Shown here piece after piece: positions 63,696 through 64,000 of a stretch of DNA of 64,000 bases; within the stretch, counting starts at the first letter, position 1; every line of letters begins with the position of its first letter. The position numbers and the translations under genes were made by a program. The DNA is from Candidatus Rokuibacteriota bacterium (GTDB lineage: Bacteria; Methylomirabilota; Methylomirabilia; Rokubacteriales; CSP1-6): the NCBI GenBank assembly GCA_003220685.1, contig QHTE01000048.1, positions 95,029 to 159,028 of the forward strand, written 5' to 3'. The notes beneath the pieces were generated by a model. The model was not told the DNA's origin. It did not search any database and saw only the letters and a list, made by a program, of their open reading frames with translations.

Positions 63696-64000
63696 CACCG
63701 CACCTCCGCCATCACTCTGGTCGCCCCGACCTGCTCGATCGCGCCGCAGAGCCCGCCGTAGGTGGCGCGCGTCTCGCCCAGGAGCTTCGACGCGAGATCG
63801 TCGGCGCCGATCACGCGGTCCATCGCCGGCAAGGTGATCGGCTCCTGGCTGCTCCCGACGTTCACCAGCGCGTCGACTCCCGGAAAATCGAAGAGCAGCA
63901 TGCCCTCCGCGCTACCGTCGGTCGACATGTCCTCGACGACGGCCGTCGTCTTGACGCCGAGGGCTTCGCACTGCGCGGCCGCCTGCGCCATGTCGACGTG
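63695..64000 (-). CDS. grdE: glycine/sarcosine/betaine reductase component B proprotein (GrdE/GrdG/GrdI-type), C-terminal part; continues beyond the window
   Basis: The frame is open to the window end. '..QCEALGVKTTAVVEDMSTDG...VNVGSSQEPITLPAMDRVIG' resembles the GrdE-family C-terminal region as I remember it ('..CKALEEAGIKTV...GNANEVITLPPMDKVIG'). Its stop overlaps the grdB start. Confidence 0.65.
   Translation of the reverse strand, partial: HVDMAQAAAQCEALGVKTTAVVEDMSTDGSAEGMLLFDFPGVDALVNVGSSQEPITLPAMDRVIGADDLASKLLGETRATYGGLCGAIEQVGATRVMAEVR

Noticed and set aside
1-64000. Mobile elements, prophage, defence islands or a GC-skewed foreign island
   Set aside because: I recognised no transposase, integrase, recombinase, phage or toxin-antitoxin signatures in any frame. 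No obvious low-GC segment is visible by eye, so the window looks like core or accessory metabolic chromosome.

Overview
Very GC-rich (by eye about two-thirds or more G+C; not computed), gene-dense bacterial chromosomal segment. I recognised no rRNA, tRNA, CRISPR array, transposase or integrase. I call about 60 protein genes, and most long antisense ORFs in the track are high-GC artefacts. Content is dominated by catabolic and hydrolytic enzymes: amidases, two M20 peptidases, amidohydrolases, alpha/beta hydrolases, two F420-type LLM oxidoreductases, two molybdenum hydroxylases, a PQQ dehydrogenase and an AtzD/barbiturase-type ring amidohydrolase. There are three family-5 (Dpp/Opp-type) ABC binding proteins, one of them in a complete five-gene transporter operon. 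Three things are not visible in the ORF track. (1) Three ORF pairs split by an in-frame TGA reconstitute selenoproteins: GrdA (Sec codon 58418-58420), GrdB (62640-62642), and a 570-aa protein with a GrdB-like 'UGSC' Sec motif (49106-49108) fused to a domain I cannot place. (2) The glycine-reductase-type locus (58082-64000) is atypical. It has no grdD or trxAB in the window, a CPWC DsbA-like gene is translationally coupled to grdB, araC is coupled to grdC, and a tandem structured ~80-nt repeat lies immediately upstream of grdA. (3) Five unrelated enzymes are reduced to N-terminal plus C-terminal stubs by large internal deletions. Lineage is only a guess: the mix of F420-LLM genes, CarboxypepD_reg/heme-c propellers and many family-5 binding proteins resembles soil MAG lineages such as Rokubacteria/Methylomirabilota. 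All family assignments come from reading the translations against remembered family signatures; no database search was run.
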